Source: Octopus sinensis
Lineage: Eukaryota
Direction of reading: 5' to 3'
Length of the DNA stretch: 64,000 bases
Assembly: GCF_006345805.1 (NCBI RefSeq)
Contig: NC_043000.1
Coordinates: forward strand, 104,470,001 to 104,534,000
The notes below the pieces were generated by a model, which was given only the letters and a program-made list of their open reading frames with translations, was not told where the DNA came from and searched no databases. Below, one piece after another: positions 1 to 12,789 of the stretch. The position numbers and the translations under genes are program-made. Numbering within the stretch: the stretch's first letter is position 1; each line of letters begins with the position of its first letter.

Positions 1-161
1 ATGCCAGCATGCATCTATATGTAAGGACAAACAGATGCGCACTCACACATGCACGCATGCATGCACACACACACACACAAACACACACACACAGAGTTAT
101 AATTACTGGAGAGTTTTCTAAAAACAGACTTTTTTCTCTCCTGCCTTTATTTATCTTGTAG

Positions 162-267
162 GTATTTCCAATCGCTCTTTGCGACCAACATTAGGGATTT
201 TGGATCCATTGAATGTGGTATCTCAGCCAGAACGTGTTGTTGCATACAGTGGCCTTGATATTCTGGG
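162..267 (+). CDS. ADHFE1: ADHFE1 internal exon ([16 protein letters not shown]...GLDILG)
   Basis: ttgtag acceptor ending at 161, GTAAGT donor at 268; open frame, homologous motif RPTLGILDP. Confidence 0.93.
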
Positions 268-1392
268 GTAAGTCTAGTTGCCAAAGTGTAAAATTTCCTT
301 TCTTTGACATGATTTTCAATTTCTCTTGTGTCCCAGTCTTTAGGACATAGAACTATCTACTTAGGGACATAGCTAAGCAGGTAGCATGCTAGACTAACAG
401 CACATGATTTGTGAGTTCAAATTCCATGCAGAACTACAATCATTGTATAATATTTCTGAGTTTGACACTTTATTCTACATACCTCACTTCACCTAACTAT
501 TAGGATTAGATACCAGGATGTTTGGGAAAATTGCATCTTATAGACTGGTGTCTCTTTCAGGAGATGTTCCTCATAACCATTATGCTTCACTATGTTATTT
601 CTTCATCAGTAATTTTGTTTCTATATTTCAGTCATGCATTAGAATCTTACACAGCCCTACCTTATTATGAAAGAGCTCCTAGAGCAAGCAGTCCTGAACT
701 TCGGCCAGCTTACCAAGGCAGTAACCCTATTAGTGATGTTTGGTCCCAAGCTGCACTTCAGGTGTGTGATAAATATCTTCAAAGGTAAGTATCGTCAACA
801 CTTTATTTACTTCTATCATTTATTTATTTAAATTGTAAAGAAACAAACAATATAATGTTGAGAGGACTCATTAATCTTGCATAGAACATGTCAAACTTTA
901 TAGTTCTGATGTCACAAATAATTCACCCTGTGTACTCTGTAAATTAGGAAGGGAATTCAGCTGTAGAATTTATATTTGAAACTGAACAGACAAATGACCA
1001 TGGTCTACTGACTTGACTAGGAGAGCAGTAACTCTGAGTAAGAACTAAATTGGACAGTGATGACCTGTCTAAGTGGTGTCAGCATGGAGAGTGGATAAAA
1101 TAATGATGATGATGATAATGATGGTAGTGATGATTATGCCTTTTCTGTTTTATTCTGCTGTTTAAATATATTCAGTAATTTTAAAAATATTTTATAAATA
1201 GTTGTTTTCAGTGAATGAGTTAATGTTATATAACTTGACTAAATAGATTAGTAGTATTGATGAGATTATAACTGTTAGATTTTAATTAATCTCATCTTTA
1301 ATGTTGAAAGATTTTTTAAACATTTACATCTACACTGTGCTTCAACCAGTTTGACCTTTGGTTGTCATTGGGTATGTTATTTCTGGATATAT

Positions 1393-1434
<42 letters not shown>

Positions 1435-4400
1435 GCACCAGAGTAGCTTTGAGTTAGGAACCTTTATTTATCTACTAGGTCACTGACAAATGTATGTCTA
1501 TCAGTCAGGCCCTGAAGATAGCTAAGGATAAGATACCTCATAAGAAAAAGAGAAAACTAATTGAAACTTACTGTAATATAAATATAAATATGGCTGTGTG
1601 GTTAGGAAGCTTACTTCCTAGACACATGGTTTTAGGTTCAGTCCCATTGCATGGCAAATTGGGCGTCTTCTGCTATAACCTTGGGCTGACCAAAGCCTTG
1701 TGATTGAATTTGGTAGGCAGAAGTTAGCGTTGTGTGTGTCAGTGCTTGTGCCTCCTAAAAGCTTCATACACTGGTATATCTTGGTTTTAGAATTGGTATA
1801 CTGGTTCCAAAGCAAACTTCTCAAACACAGTCATACTTGTGCATTGAATATATTCATTACTACTTAATATTGAACATGTTCTAATATGTTCAGAAAGCTA
1901 GTGCAAGTTAGGTATTTAAGTGATATACTAGATGGATACTGTATGTACCAAGTATGTACCAAACTCATGAAATTTTACAGTTTTTTTCCAAACTTTTAAT
2001 GTAAACGAATATATATGTCAATTATCTTATATTCATTTTTCTTTCAAATTTTTGCAGGGCAGTTGACAACCAAGATGATTTAGAAGCCATATCTAATTTA
2101 CAACTAGCCAGTAGTTTTGCTGCTGTTGGTTTTGGAAACGCTGGTGTCCATTTATGGTAAGCATATCATGATTTTGATCCCCATTGTCATTGTTTCAGTA
2201 TCTAGATTTTCTTCATATTAGGTTTGGCCAAACCACTTTTTAGAATAGAAAATTTCCATTCTTATTGTTCTTGCATAATCTTGTTTGTGAAGTTTAAAAA
2301 ACTGAGACTTAACTTGCCATTACTTCCTATGGTTTTTAAAAATCTTTTTGACTTCTTTTGCTACACAGTACCTTTACATTTTCAACACACTATACAAGCT
2401 AATGAGGGAGCTTTAACATAGTCACTCAGTCTATTAAAAGTAGCTGTCAAATTTTCTTCAAATCACATATAGTATCATTTTGTAAAATATAGGACACATT
2501 GGATATTGTTGTCCTAGAAACTCTATGTCTGAAAAAAATCAGACAAAATAGATTGGAATGGTTACAGCTTGAATGCTTTTGATTATAGGTCTCCTTGATC
2601 TTGAATGGCATGGGGCTAAATAGTGACAACACAAAACACTCTTCCAACTATTAGGTGTTTTCTAACATCCATAACAACAGAGCTACCTGAGCTGGCAGAA
2701 ATGTTTGCACGCCGGGCGAAATCCTTTGTAGTATTTCGTCTGTCTTTATGTTCTGAGTTCAAATTCCGCCGAGGTCGACTTTGCCTTTCATCCTTTTGGG
2801 GTTGATAAATTAAGTACCAGTTATGCACTGGGGTTGATCTAATTGACTGGCTCCCTCCCCCAAAATTTCAGGCCTTGTGCCTACAGTAGAAAAGAATAAC
2901 GTTTTATTGCTCACCTGCATGATACTTCATTTTTTATAAAAGTTAACATTGTGTATCAAATAGATCATACTTGACTCTTTCCTTGCCAATTCCCTATTCC
3001 TTGGCAAATATTTTCCATTTTATTGACTTTTTGAAAATCTTACATCTACAGTATCATTGGTCATAGGCTTGTACACTAACACTACATACTCAGTTCAGCA
3101 AGCTCTCTTAATTATTTTTTAACCATCCTTTGCTTATCTTCTATATTCAGTTCCTATGACCATGCAAAATCACCTTTAATACACATGTAAGCCTTACACA
3201 AATTGCCCTTTACATGGAAAGAGAATCCCTTCATTGCTAGTAGAAGTAATAGCTCCATTTTCTTTTAAAGATATAGAGATAAAATATTACTTATCTACAT
3301 CTACATAATGTTTTAAAGAGTAATAACATCTTATTTAACAGGCCACTGTATAACCTTACAAATGAGAATGTTTGATATAAGGAATATGAATAAAAAGTAA
3401 AAGAACCTTTATAAATACCATTGTTTTTTTTTCTTTTTTAAATTTTCCATTAAAATCACACCTTAATGATGTATCTACATATCCTGGCAACAAAGAGTGT
3501 TTTGAATGATATAAACTTATATGATACACAATAACAGCTGCATTAAACTGGTGTTTAACATGTTTTAATGTCTTTTAAAGTAATTAATTTGACTTTTTCT
3601 TCCCAAGTATAATATAATTCTTATCGCAAGGGTTTGAATATCTGAATCTCTGCCTGGGCCAGCTAGTATTTAAGTTCTAATCACTGTCTTTTTTTCTATC
3701 ACTGTGTACAGCCATGCTATATCTTATCCAATTGCTGGATTAGTTAGAGACTATCAAGCTGAAGGTTATCCCACTGACAAACCTATTATTGTAAGTATAC
3801 AAACCTTACTTCCACTGTTGACTTTTGGCTTTGTTTTTAGTTAGGGTGACCATATTTTTTTTAATACACAACCATGACAGGAAAGGATTTGTTTATCCAC
3901 TCAAAAATGTGTGTGTCTTTCATGTATGAGAGTAAGATTTATCAATAGTATACTTTGTTAAACCATTTATTTAACAAAAAAAACAAAAAAACTAAAATGT
4001 TTCAAATCAAAATGTATAAACACAAAAAAATGTGCAACTAATCAGTTATGCTATACTTATTTGAAGTTTTTGTTGTTTTACCAATACTTACTTTTCATTT
4101 TTAATGATTTCATTGAATTTCAAACAATCCATATCTTTGACATCAAAAATACAAGCATTGATTGTTGAAACATTGTTTGTTTCATTTGTCAAACAATTGA
4201 GTATCAGTTAGAGAGAAACCTCTTTTCACTATCAATGCTGTTATATCCTGGAATTGGAAATAAATGGAAACACAATTTCAACAGTTTACATTTTTTGTTC
4301 TACAAATTCTATTTGTCTGAAAATAAGATACCATTTCTCTTGACAGTTTTTCTTTTTCCAGTCTAAATTATTCTTAATTTCATTTGGCACAATTTTTATC

Positions 4401-7400
4401 AACATGTTTTCATTGTACAAAGTATTATCATCAAATTTGAGGTTTAACTTGTGGAAAGCTATGATTGATTCCTCAACTTTCTTCCACTCTGGAGATTTAC
4501 CAATGTAAAAAAATCAAATTGGTGTAAGTTGTTTTTGCCATTTTACAAGATAATTTGATTTTGTATGAAAATTCAATAATATTGCTTTTGAAATGTTTAA
4601 CTCTTTTGTCATTTTGAAAATTCTTTAGAATTTCCTCAGTTTGGCTAGAGAGGAAAACATTGACAATTTTAAATCGTATTATTTCAATTCAATTGAAATA
4701 ATGCAGAATTGTTTGATGGTTAGAAATAAAATGCTTTGTAGTATTTGTTCTGGTTCTTCACATTCTGAGTTCAAATCCCATTGAGACCAACTTTGCTTTT
4801 CATCCTTTCAGGGCTTATAAGTACTTGTTGAGTAGTGGGGGTCATTGCAACTGAAGAACTCTATCCTCCTAAAATTGCTGGCTTGTGCGAAAATTTGAAA
4901 CCATTGTTTTCTATAGTTTCAAAAACTATCTCTTTCACCTCAAAGATCTTTTGATCTGATTTTTCTACCTTTGAAATTTGTGTCTTTTAGAATTCAAGAA
5001 AAATTATTTAAGACATTAAGGTATAGCTCATCAAAGTGATGTAATTAAAAAAATGACTAAAAAATGGAACTTTTTCTATAGGCAAAAAATAATTCTAAAA
5101 TACACTTTATATACCTTAGAAAGTGAGATAATAGTATTTTGTATTAAATGTCAACAAAAGAACATAAATCAGTCATTCTAACTTGTAGTTTTCACAGTTG
5201 AGTAAAAAAAGAATAAATTTACATTGCTGCTAAATCAATATGAAGTTCATATCTATCAGAAATAAGTTGAATTGTGTTATGTGATAAGCAAGAACTTAAT
5301 TTTAACATTCGAAATATTTTTCAATTGATAAAAAAACCTTTTTCTGAACTTTACTATTGGTTTTTCCAAAATTCTAATTAGTATCATCTGCTCCAAATAC
5401 TATATATTTTTCTTTAAGTATTTTGTTATCATACCAGCATTTCTTTATGTAATTAGCTATAGTTTTTGTCTTTACCTTAGACAAAGTATTCAATGTAAAA
5501 CCATTACTTGCTTCACTTTTTGTTTGTATAAAAATGCAATAATTAAAGTAAAACATTTTCTGTTCTATAACTTATCAGCTGTTAGAATTCTGTGAAAATG
5601 GAGTTTTTAAAATTTTTAAACTTAACAGGAAGAAGTGAAAAAATGTTTTTGTGCAAAAAATAACCTTTTCTCTTGAGCAAGAAAACTTCTTTTTAGTTCA
5701 TTGTGAATCTGGAGAGATTTCAGTGAATAACTTCAATAAAGAATCTGTACTTAAAGATTTGCTGATGTTTCACCACATGATTGGCCAATGTTATTTCAAA
5801 GATAATTACTCAATCATGTCATATCCTGAAGATTCTATTAAAAAAAAAAAAATTGAAGATGAAATATTTGATTGGAAGTTAGGTTCTTTTGAATACGATC
5901 CTTGATATCTGACTTGCCCCCATGGTTAATATTTGCTTTCAAATTTTGGCACAAGACCAGCAATTTCAGGGAAGTGGGTAGGTCGATTACATTAACCCCA
6001 GTAATCAACAGGTACTTATTTTATTGACCCTGAAAGGATGAAAAGTTAACCTCAGTAGAATTTGAACACAATGTAAATACAGATGCAACTAAGCATTTTG
6101 CCTGGCATGCTAATGATTCTGCCAGTCTATTGTCTTCACCATGGTTAGCATTAATGAAACACTGGCATGTTTTACATTGCACTTCATTATTTTCAATTCT
6201 TCTTTTTCAATATAGCTTCATTCTTCTTCATAAGTGCTGGTAGTACAGTTTCTTTTAGGCATTGTTGTGAATGTATATTCATTTGTTGTAAGATAAACTG
6301 TATATTTAACATGGCAATAGTAGTATGCTAGAAATAGCAGCTGAATGACAAGATGTGATAGACAAGCAAGAAAACTGTGTGTCTTTCATTAAATTTATCA
6401 TTTAATGACCACTATCCAAGCTGGTTGAAAGTGGTCATTAAATGATAACGAATTTATTGGTTGATGAAGGTGTAGTTCTGCCAAAAAATGGAAATTGTTG
6501 GTTGGATAACTTTATCCTTGGACCCAGTTGCACTGTGTTCAAATCCTGACCTGCTGCAGGCATCATATAAACTGAGTTGAAGTGAATGTGTTCAAGACAT
6601 GTGAATAGTAGGCATATACTTTAATGAAAATTGAATAAACAATATCTCAATTAAAGCTGTTCTCCATAAAAGCTAAAAAGTTTGTGGGAAGCAAAAAATT
6701 ATTTAAAAAAAAACATAAAAATGAACTGGAAAATATTAAGAAAATTTATTTTTGAAATTAAAAGACAAACAGGAAACTTTAAGATAAATCACTATCCTGG
6801 AGTATGTTTTCAACCATTTTCACAAGAAAATGGAGTATTGTTTCAGGAGAATGAGACCAATGTTTGAAAACTGGGATGAGTCCTGGGAAACCAGGATGGC
6901 TGGATGCCTTATTTTCAGAGGTTTAGTAACATGTAACTGGAACTAGGGATGATTGTTTTAGCATAAAACGGTTCTGCCTGTGACTATGATTTTAAAAGCA
7001 GGTTATTCTGACAAATATCTCCCTGAGGTTATTCCAACTCTTTTTCTTATTCATACCAAGTTATATGGTTTTTGTTTCAGTCAGCCTCACTAGTAGAGCT
7101 GTGTAAATGATTTACAGATTCAATATCTAAAAGAATAGAGACCTTTGTGGTAGCTTGTCAGTATTTTAAAAATGTAATATCTTTCCCACTCTCTAACTCA
7201 GTGATTGTTGTTGTTGGTGTTGAGTACTTAATCTCATCCATACAGCACTATGGTAACTAATTGAATATTTGATGAGCATCAAGTATGACGCTTAGATTTA
7301 GTACTCTAGATGTGTTGTACTTCAGATTTAGGAGTGAGACAATACTACATAGTGCTACATGTATCGGTGGTAATGATGGCATGGCTTGTTATGGTTGTAA

Positions 7401-10400
7401 AGTAGCAGAAATGGTGGCCAAAATAAATAAACCACTGTTGATATTTACTAAGGAAAAGCAATATTAAAGTCGGTGTTAGTATATTAAATGTATGTATTAC
7501 AACTTTGTGATTCTTATTTTTTTTGACTTATGGTGATCTGAAAAGTAACAGATATGCAGCTTGACTGTAAATTCTTTCTTCTATCATATTAAGTATAGTG
7601 CCATATATATTAGAAAGAAATGTTTATAATGCCTGGTTCTAGCTTTCTCTCTATTCTTTGACAGCCCCATGGACTCTCAGTCATAATTACATCACCTGCA
7701 GTGTTCAGTGCAACTGCAATGTCTTGTCCACAGCGTCATTTGAATGGGGCTAGTTTCTTGGGTAAGTAACATTTTACTACCTTTTGTTTCTTGGGAAAAT
7801 GGTTGAGTGAATGGTGTATTATTACTTCAACAAGTACTGTGAGGATTATACTTTGATGATGAAATTGGAATAAGAGCAAAACATATCCATCCTTACTGGA
7901 AAATGCAAATAATATTGCTTTCTAACATGTACAAGACCACACATTTTGAAGAGAGAGAGAGAGAGAGAGCATAACTGATTAAACTGACCCCTACTCCACA
8001 GTACTTGGTTGGCCCTAGCTGGATTTAAACTTGGAACAGAAAAAGATATAACTAAATACCACAAGCCATTTTTTCCAGTCTACCATTCTTTGAAATGTAA
8101 ATAATATTAGCCATTGGCAACTATTGTGTTTGTTTTTTTTTTTTTATATAATCTGCATAATTATCTCGTTAGCTTTTTTATTGCACCCTACATCAAATAT
8201 CTTAGTAATATATCTGTCAATCCATCTCATATTTACTTGTAGTTAGTTTTTTTATGCTTTCATACATTAAATGTTAATACTAACTTAACTAAGGAATAAA
8301 CAGCTGAGAGATTGATAGTTTATATATATTGACTCTGCATAAATCTTACAACACATGTCCTACAAACTGGAATTTATTTTAGTTTATTTTAAAAATTTTA
8401 TAATTTTTTTTTTCTGTTGGACGGGTCAAATATGTCCAGGGGAGATAATTTTATCAGAAACTATATTTATTGTATTTCGTGATGCTCGTTTATTTTCTTC
8501 ACTCATTTATTACTGTTCTTATTTTATTCTAATCCATATCCATTGTCCAGAAATCTTTTGTCACATATCTGTGACCTCTTCAGCGACACTTTTCGTTTTC
8601 GTGTGTTCTTACTCCACTCACTCCACAGAATAGAGTAAGTGGAGCAAGAACACCCAGGAAAACGAAAAGTTTCACTGTAGAGGTCACAGATATATTTCTG
8701 TAATTCTTTAAACCACAAAACATCACCACCAACCCATCCACACTACATTATATTTCTCCATTGCTTCAATATTTTGTCAGTAATGTACAGAATGTACAAA
8801 CGAAATGGAAAGCAGAGAAAATTTGAATATTTATAGCTTTAAGAGGAAAATCATGTGAAGAATATAATTGAATTGTCATCTTTTTAAATATCATATTGTG
8901 CAAATAATATAGATATTTAGTGATATTTGTTTAACCCTTTTTTCTTACTCTAAATCTATTTAAATTCAGTCTGTGTTTCAATTAATTTTGAAAATAAATG
9001 AAAAAAGTGGAGAATGTGAGGGAATCATCTGAGAGTTGTACAAAATGCTTTGTGGTGTATATTGATCATTATGTACTGACTAGAAAATCTCACCAAGGTT
9101 ATCTTTGTCATTGTCCAAAGATGATAAAATACAGTACCAATCAAGTACTGGGATCTATCAATCAGTTCCAACATGCAATGGTTCAGATATTCCATTTGTA
9201 TCATTGGGAGAAATCTTCTTCCTATGATATTCATATATAAACAATTTGTAAGTCATAGAAAGATAACTCTCTCTCTGTCTCTATCTATCTTCAATATTTT
9301 TTCTCCAACTATTTCTTCATACTTCCATGAGTTAAACGGAATTTGTTCTGGCAAACTTTCTGTGGCCACATGCCCTTTCTGTTCCCAACCCGCAATTGTT
9401 TTCAAGTGAAATAATTTTTCTCCATGGCTGGCTATGTGTTTACAGCTTTCAAACAAACACCACCAATTGTATGACAGTAGTGTTTGTTTACAATTATCAA
9501 ACATTGTCAAGACAAGGATACATACATACACGTATAACAGGTTTCTTTCTGTTTCCATCTATCAAATCCACTAACAAAGCTTTGGTTGGCTTGGAGCTAT
9601 AGGTAGTTGCCCAAGGTACTGTGCAGTGGCTGAGAATATGTGTGTATCACCAAAAGCTTGGTGATACCTGCTCAGAGGCTTATGCAAAGTTGCAGAAAGT
9701 GTTTGGAGAGGAGTGTATGAGCTGCACACAAGTATATGAGTTGTTCAGACGTTTCCAAGATAGTTGAAATAATGTCGATAGAGACAAACGTTCTAGGAGA
9801 CCTGCAACCAGCAGAAGTGAAAAAAACATCACAGATGTGCATGCAGCTGTGAGAGGAAATTGTTGAATCACTATCTGTGAGTTATCAGAGGATGTGTACA
9901 TTAGTTATGGTTCTGTTCAGTCCATTATCACTGAAGATTTGTGCATGAGATGCGTGTCTACCAAGTTTGTGCCAAAACTACTTTCAGCCGACCAAAATGA
10001 CTCTTGAGTTTCAGTTGCACAAGATCTTGATTGGGTCGAGAACGATGAAAACCTTTTGAAACGGGTGATGAATCGTGGGTCTTTGGCCATGACCCTGAAA
10101 CAACGGCTCGGTCTTTGCAGTGGAAAACCCCAACCTCTCCGAAACCGAAGAAAGCATGAATGAACTGAAGCATTTTCTTCAACTACAAGGGGATTGGAGT
10201 AAAGATAATTTGCCAACATAACATGGCAGTCCTGGTTTAGGACAAATGTTGCTGTAATTTAGCCCCAGGAGACATTGTCTCCAGCTGGCCATGATATATT
10301 TTCAAACAAGGGAATCCAGCACCCCAACTCAGCTCAAAACTATCTGCATATTGCAATTTCTGGGTTATTTCTCTTCATCAGACTACCATGTTATGTTGGC

Positions 10401-12371
10401 AAATTATCTTTACTCCAAAGTACTGTTGCTGAATATCTCTCATGAGATTTACAAATAGTAATTTTACAAGAGGATTGTTCATCATGAGTATGCTCCACCT
10501 TGTCAGTCAGTAAACAGAGTACTACTGTGACGTTTGTAGGATGCTATTCATTGGGAAAGGCCACAATTGCATGTGTCTGGTGAATGGCAATTGCACCATG
10601 GCAATGCATCTGTCCATTCAGCACAGCTTGTGCAGCATTTTTTGGCTAGGCACAACATTCCCCAGGTTTTATAGCCACCGTACTCCCCAGATCTTGCCCC
10701 TTGCAACTTTTCTTCTTTCCAAAAATCAAATCCCGCTTAAAAGAGAGATTTCAGGACATCAAGGAAATCTGAATGCAAGAGGCAGCTACTGATTATCCCA
10801 GAAAACAAGTTCCAAGAATGCTTCCATTAATGAAAACAGTGCTGGATTAGGTGTGTGGCTTCTAAAAGGGACTTCTTTGAAGGAGATTAAATGCCAAATT
10901 AGTATGTGCTGTAGTTTTGTTTTTATAACGCCAGTCTGGATACTTATTGATCAGACCTAGTATGGTTTCTTTGTATGCTTTTTTATTTTGTGGCCTTCTG
11001 GATAAGAATATGCTAGATCCTAGCTCAATCCTCTTTGATTTCTTGCTGGAAAGGAATGCTGTAAATGGTCTGCACAACAGAGTGGTGCTGATTCTAAGAA
11101 AGAGAATAATCAACTCCATAACTTGACTGATATTTTATTTATCAACTCTGGAGAAACAAAAGGCAGAGTTGACTTATGCAGGCATTCATGTTATTAGTAC
11201 AAAGAGGTGGAATAATTACTGTGAAGCATTTGTGTGATGCTCTACCTATTTTGCCAATTGACTGTCCTACTCATTATATTAGAATTATCACTTCTGAAAT
11301 ATTAAATTCCAGTGTTATCTCATGTGTCATAACATATTTAAAGCAACAGTGACTTACATGTATGATATAAACACATTCCTAATACTTAGTTTACCTTTTA
11401 GGAGTTGATATCAGCAACAAGAAAGCAAGCGATGCTGGTGCCATTCTATCAGACAAATTAAGGTCGATTTGTCAGTCATTGAGGGTTCCTAATGGTTTGA
11501 AGGCTCTTGGTTATACTGAAGAAGATATTCCTGCCATGGTTAAAGGTACTTTGCCTCAGGTAAGTTTATTTCATTTCCCATCTAAATTTAACAATTTCTA
11601 ACAACTAAAATATATTCAGCCAGGAATAGAGTATCCTGTTTACAAGCTAAGCAAGGAGCCAAGACCATGTCTTTCTATCTGATTGGCTAAGCTAAATCTC
11701 CCTCAAGTCATACTGTTTGACATCTTGAGTTTGTATTTCATTTTAGGACTGTTACCTATCTAATTGTCATAATTTCTGTGGTTAAAAGAAGGCAATTGCC
11801 TTGATTGCAACCTAGTTAATTTGTGGATCAGTGGCTACCAGATAACTATAGAATTGAAATGATGTCTAATTCTATTTTCTGTAGTGCTTAGTATGCTAAT
11901 GCTCTGGTCTAATACCAATATTTTCTCAGATTGCTACAATGGTCAACTGAGGCAAATGAATATATGTCTGGTCTCTTACATAAATCTGAGCCAGTACTAA
12001 ATCAGAAAAAAAAAAGCTTAAATTTTATCTCACAAGTCTGTCTTTTCATAAAACGTTCTTTTATCTTAAGACTAAGATATGATTTGAAGGGAAAATGTTT
12101 GCTCGTTCCAGCAGATAGAGCAACTTCATAGGAATTTTCTCTCTAGTTTTTATTAACTGACTGTATTAAGTACCTTTTTGTTTTTTGGAGTGGGTGGGAT
12201 TTGTGTACTTAAATTATTTTAAAATTCAGCATTAATTATCTCCCTTCCTTTCTTCTATTTTTTTTTTTTTTATAGCACCGAGTCACTAAACTGTCACCAT
12301 TGCAGCAGTCAGATGAAGAACTTGCAGAAACTCTTGCAGACATTATAAAAAATTCAATGACAATATACTAA
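162..12371 (+). CDS. ADHFE1: Hydroxyacid-oxoacid transhydrogenase, mitochondrial (iron-containing alcohol dehydrogenase family); 3' part, join(162-267,632-784,2058-2156,3712-3790,7665-7761,11402-11559,12276-12371); 5' exons lie upstream of the window
   Basis: Seven GT-AG exons splice in frame to [160 protein letters not shown]...-...[25 protein letters not shown]...MTIY*, recognisably matching vertebrate ADHFE1 motifs ([47 protein letters not shown]). Confidence 0.97.
632..784 (+). CDS. ADHFE1: ADHFE1 internal exon ([11 protein letters not shown]...YLQR)
   Basis: tttcag acceptor, GTAAGT donor at 785; 153 nt; contained in ORF 522-788. Confidence 0.96.
1590..1790 (+). mobile_element. tRNA-derived SINE, family 2 (head ATGGCTGTGTGGTTAG...GGTTCAGTCCC); further partial copies near 9545-9640 (-) and 20600-20670 (-)
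   Basis: A/B-box-like head followed by conserved body ...ctataaccttgggctgaccaaagccttgtga...; recurs in the window. Confidence 0.7.
2058..2156 (+). CDS. ADHFE1: ADHFE1 internal exon ([10 protein letters not shown]...GFGNAGVHL)
   Basis: ttgcag acceptor, GTAAGC donor; 99 nt; Fe-ADH metal-binding region GNAGVHLCH spans this exon and the next. Confidence 0.96.
2685..2895 (+). mobile_element. tRNA-derived SINE, family 1 (dominant ~200-bp SINE of the window)
   Basis: GAGCTGGCAGAA (A box) ... GAGTTCAAATTCC (B box) ... gtcgactttgcctttcatcc...gataaa.taagtaccag; roughly 20 copies in the window. Confidence 0.85.
3712..3790 (+). CDS. ADHFE1: ADHFE1 internal exon ([26 protein letters not shown])
   Basis: tacag acceptor, GTAAGT donor; 79 nt; phase matches neighbours. 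Confidence 0.94.
4716..4903 (+). mobile_element. SINE family 1 copy
   Basis: B box and body match other copies. Confidence 0.75.
5935..6130 (-). mobile_element. SINE family 1 copy
   Basis: Reverse-complement match to family body and head. Confidence 0.75.
7665..7761 (+). CDS. ADHFE1: ADHFE1 internal exon ([32 protein letters not shown])
   Basis: gacag acceptor, GTAAGT donor; 97 nt; PHG motif. Confidence 0.95.
9646..10962 (+). mobile_element. Degenerate mariner transposon (5'-truncated), interrupted by a ~280-bp insert
   Basis: Translates to HTH region ...[41 protein letters not shown]; 3' TIR-like tacttattgatcagacctag+TA at 10941-10962. Confidence 0.88.
11402..11559 (+). CDS. ADHFE1: ADHFE1 penultimate exon ([13 protein letters not shown]...KGTLPQ)
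   Basis: ttttag acceptor, GTAAGT donor; 158 nt; phase consistent. Confidence 0.95.
12276..12371 (+). CDS. ADHFE1: ADHFE1 terminal coding exon ([31 protein letters not shown])
   Basis: Long pyrimidine tract + tatag acceptor; TAA at 12369-12371. Confidence 0.95.
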   Translation, partial: HRVTKLSPLQQSDEELAETLADIIKNSMTIY

Positions 12372-12538
12372 GAAAGACATTTCTGTAGTATTCTCTCTAC
12401 TTCCTTGCTCAAAAAACGAATATGGAAAATTATGAATTTCCTCAGCTGTATGGACTGTGATTTTTTAGAATAACAATAGTAAGATGATGATATGCTGAGA
12501 GAAAACAACAAATTAATATTGATTTTTAATTTCAGGAA

Positions 12539-12544
12539 AATAAA
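12539..12544 (+). terminator. Candidate polyadenylation signal of ADHFE1 (AATAAA)
   Basis: AATAAA about 170 nt after the stop codon; no transcript data. Confidence 0.45.
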
Positions 12545-12789
12545 ATCTTTGGTTGTGAAGAAAATGTATTACTTTTGTTTTAAATATTATTGCTATTAAA
12601 ATTGTTAATAGGGAAATTATATTACCAGCAGTCAAAATATTCTCATATTTTGAGCTCACCAACTACTGAAATTGAATTTGTCATTCAGCCTTTTCAGTTG
12701 ATAAATTGAATACCAGTTGATCGAATCAGTTATTTATATGTCCCCAACTCTGAGTGGCCATGTACTAAAGAAAGAAACAAACACCATTG

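Larger units (their letters stand above)
3842..6911 (-). mobile_element. Fossil hAT (Blackjack-like) DNA transposon in an ADHFE1 intron, interrupted by SINEs
   Basis: TAGGGTGACCAT terminus at 3842 and degenerate inverted terminus ending at 6911; near-matching 8-bp flanks tttttagt/ttttcaga; minus-strand transposase remnants (KKFSCSR; FGADDTN ~ DNTN; CLSHN ~ C..H..HN; PGYNS..EKRFSL dimerisation motif) with many stops. Confidence 0.7.

Noticed and set aside
5651-5905. 84-aa + strand [13 protein letters not shown]...
   Set aside because: Antisense to the hAT transposase relic and inside an ADHFE1 intron.
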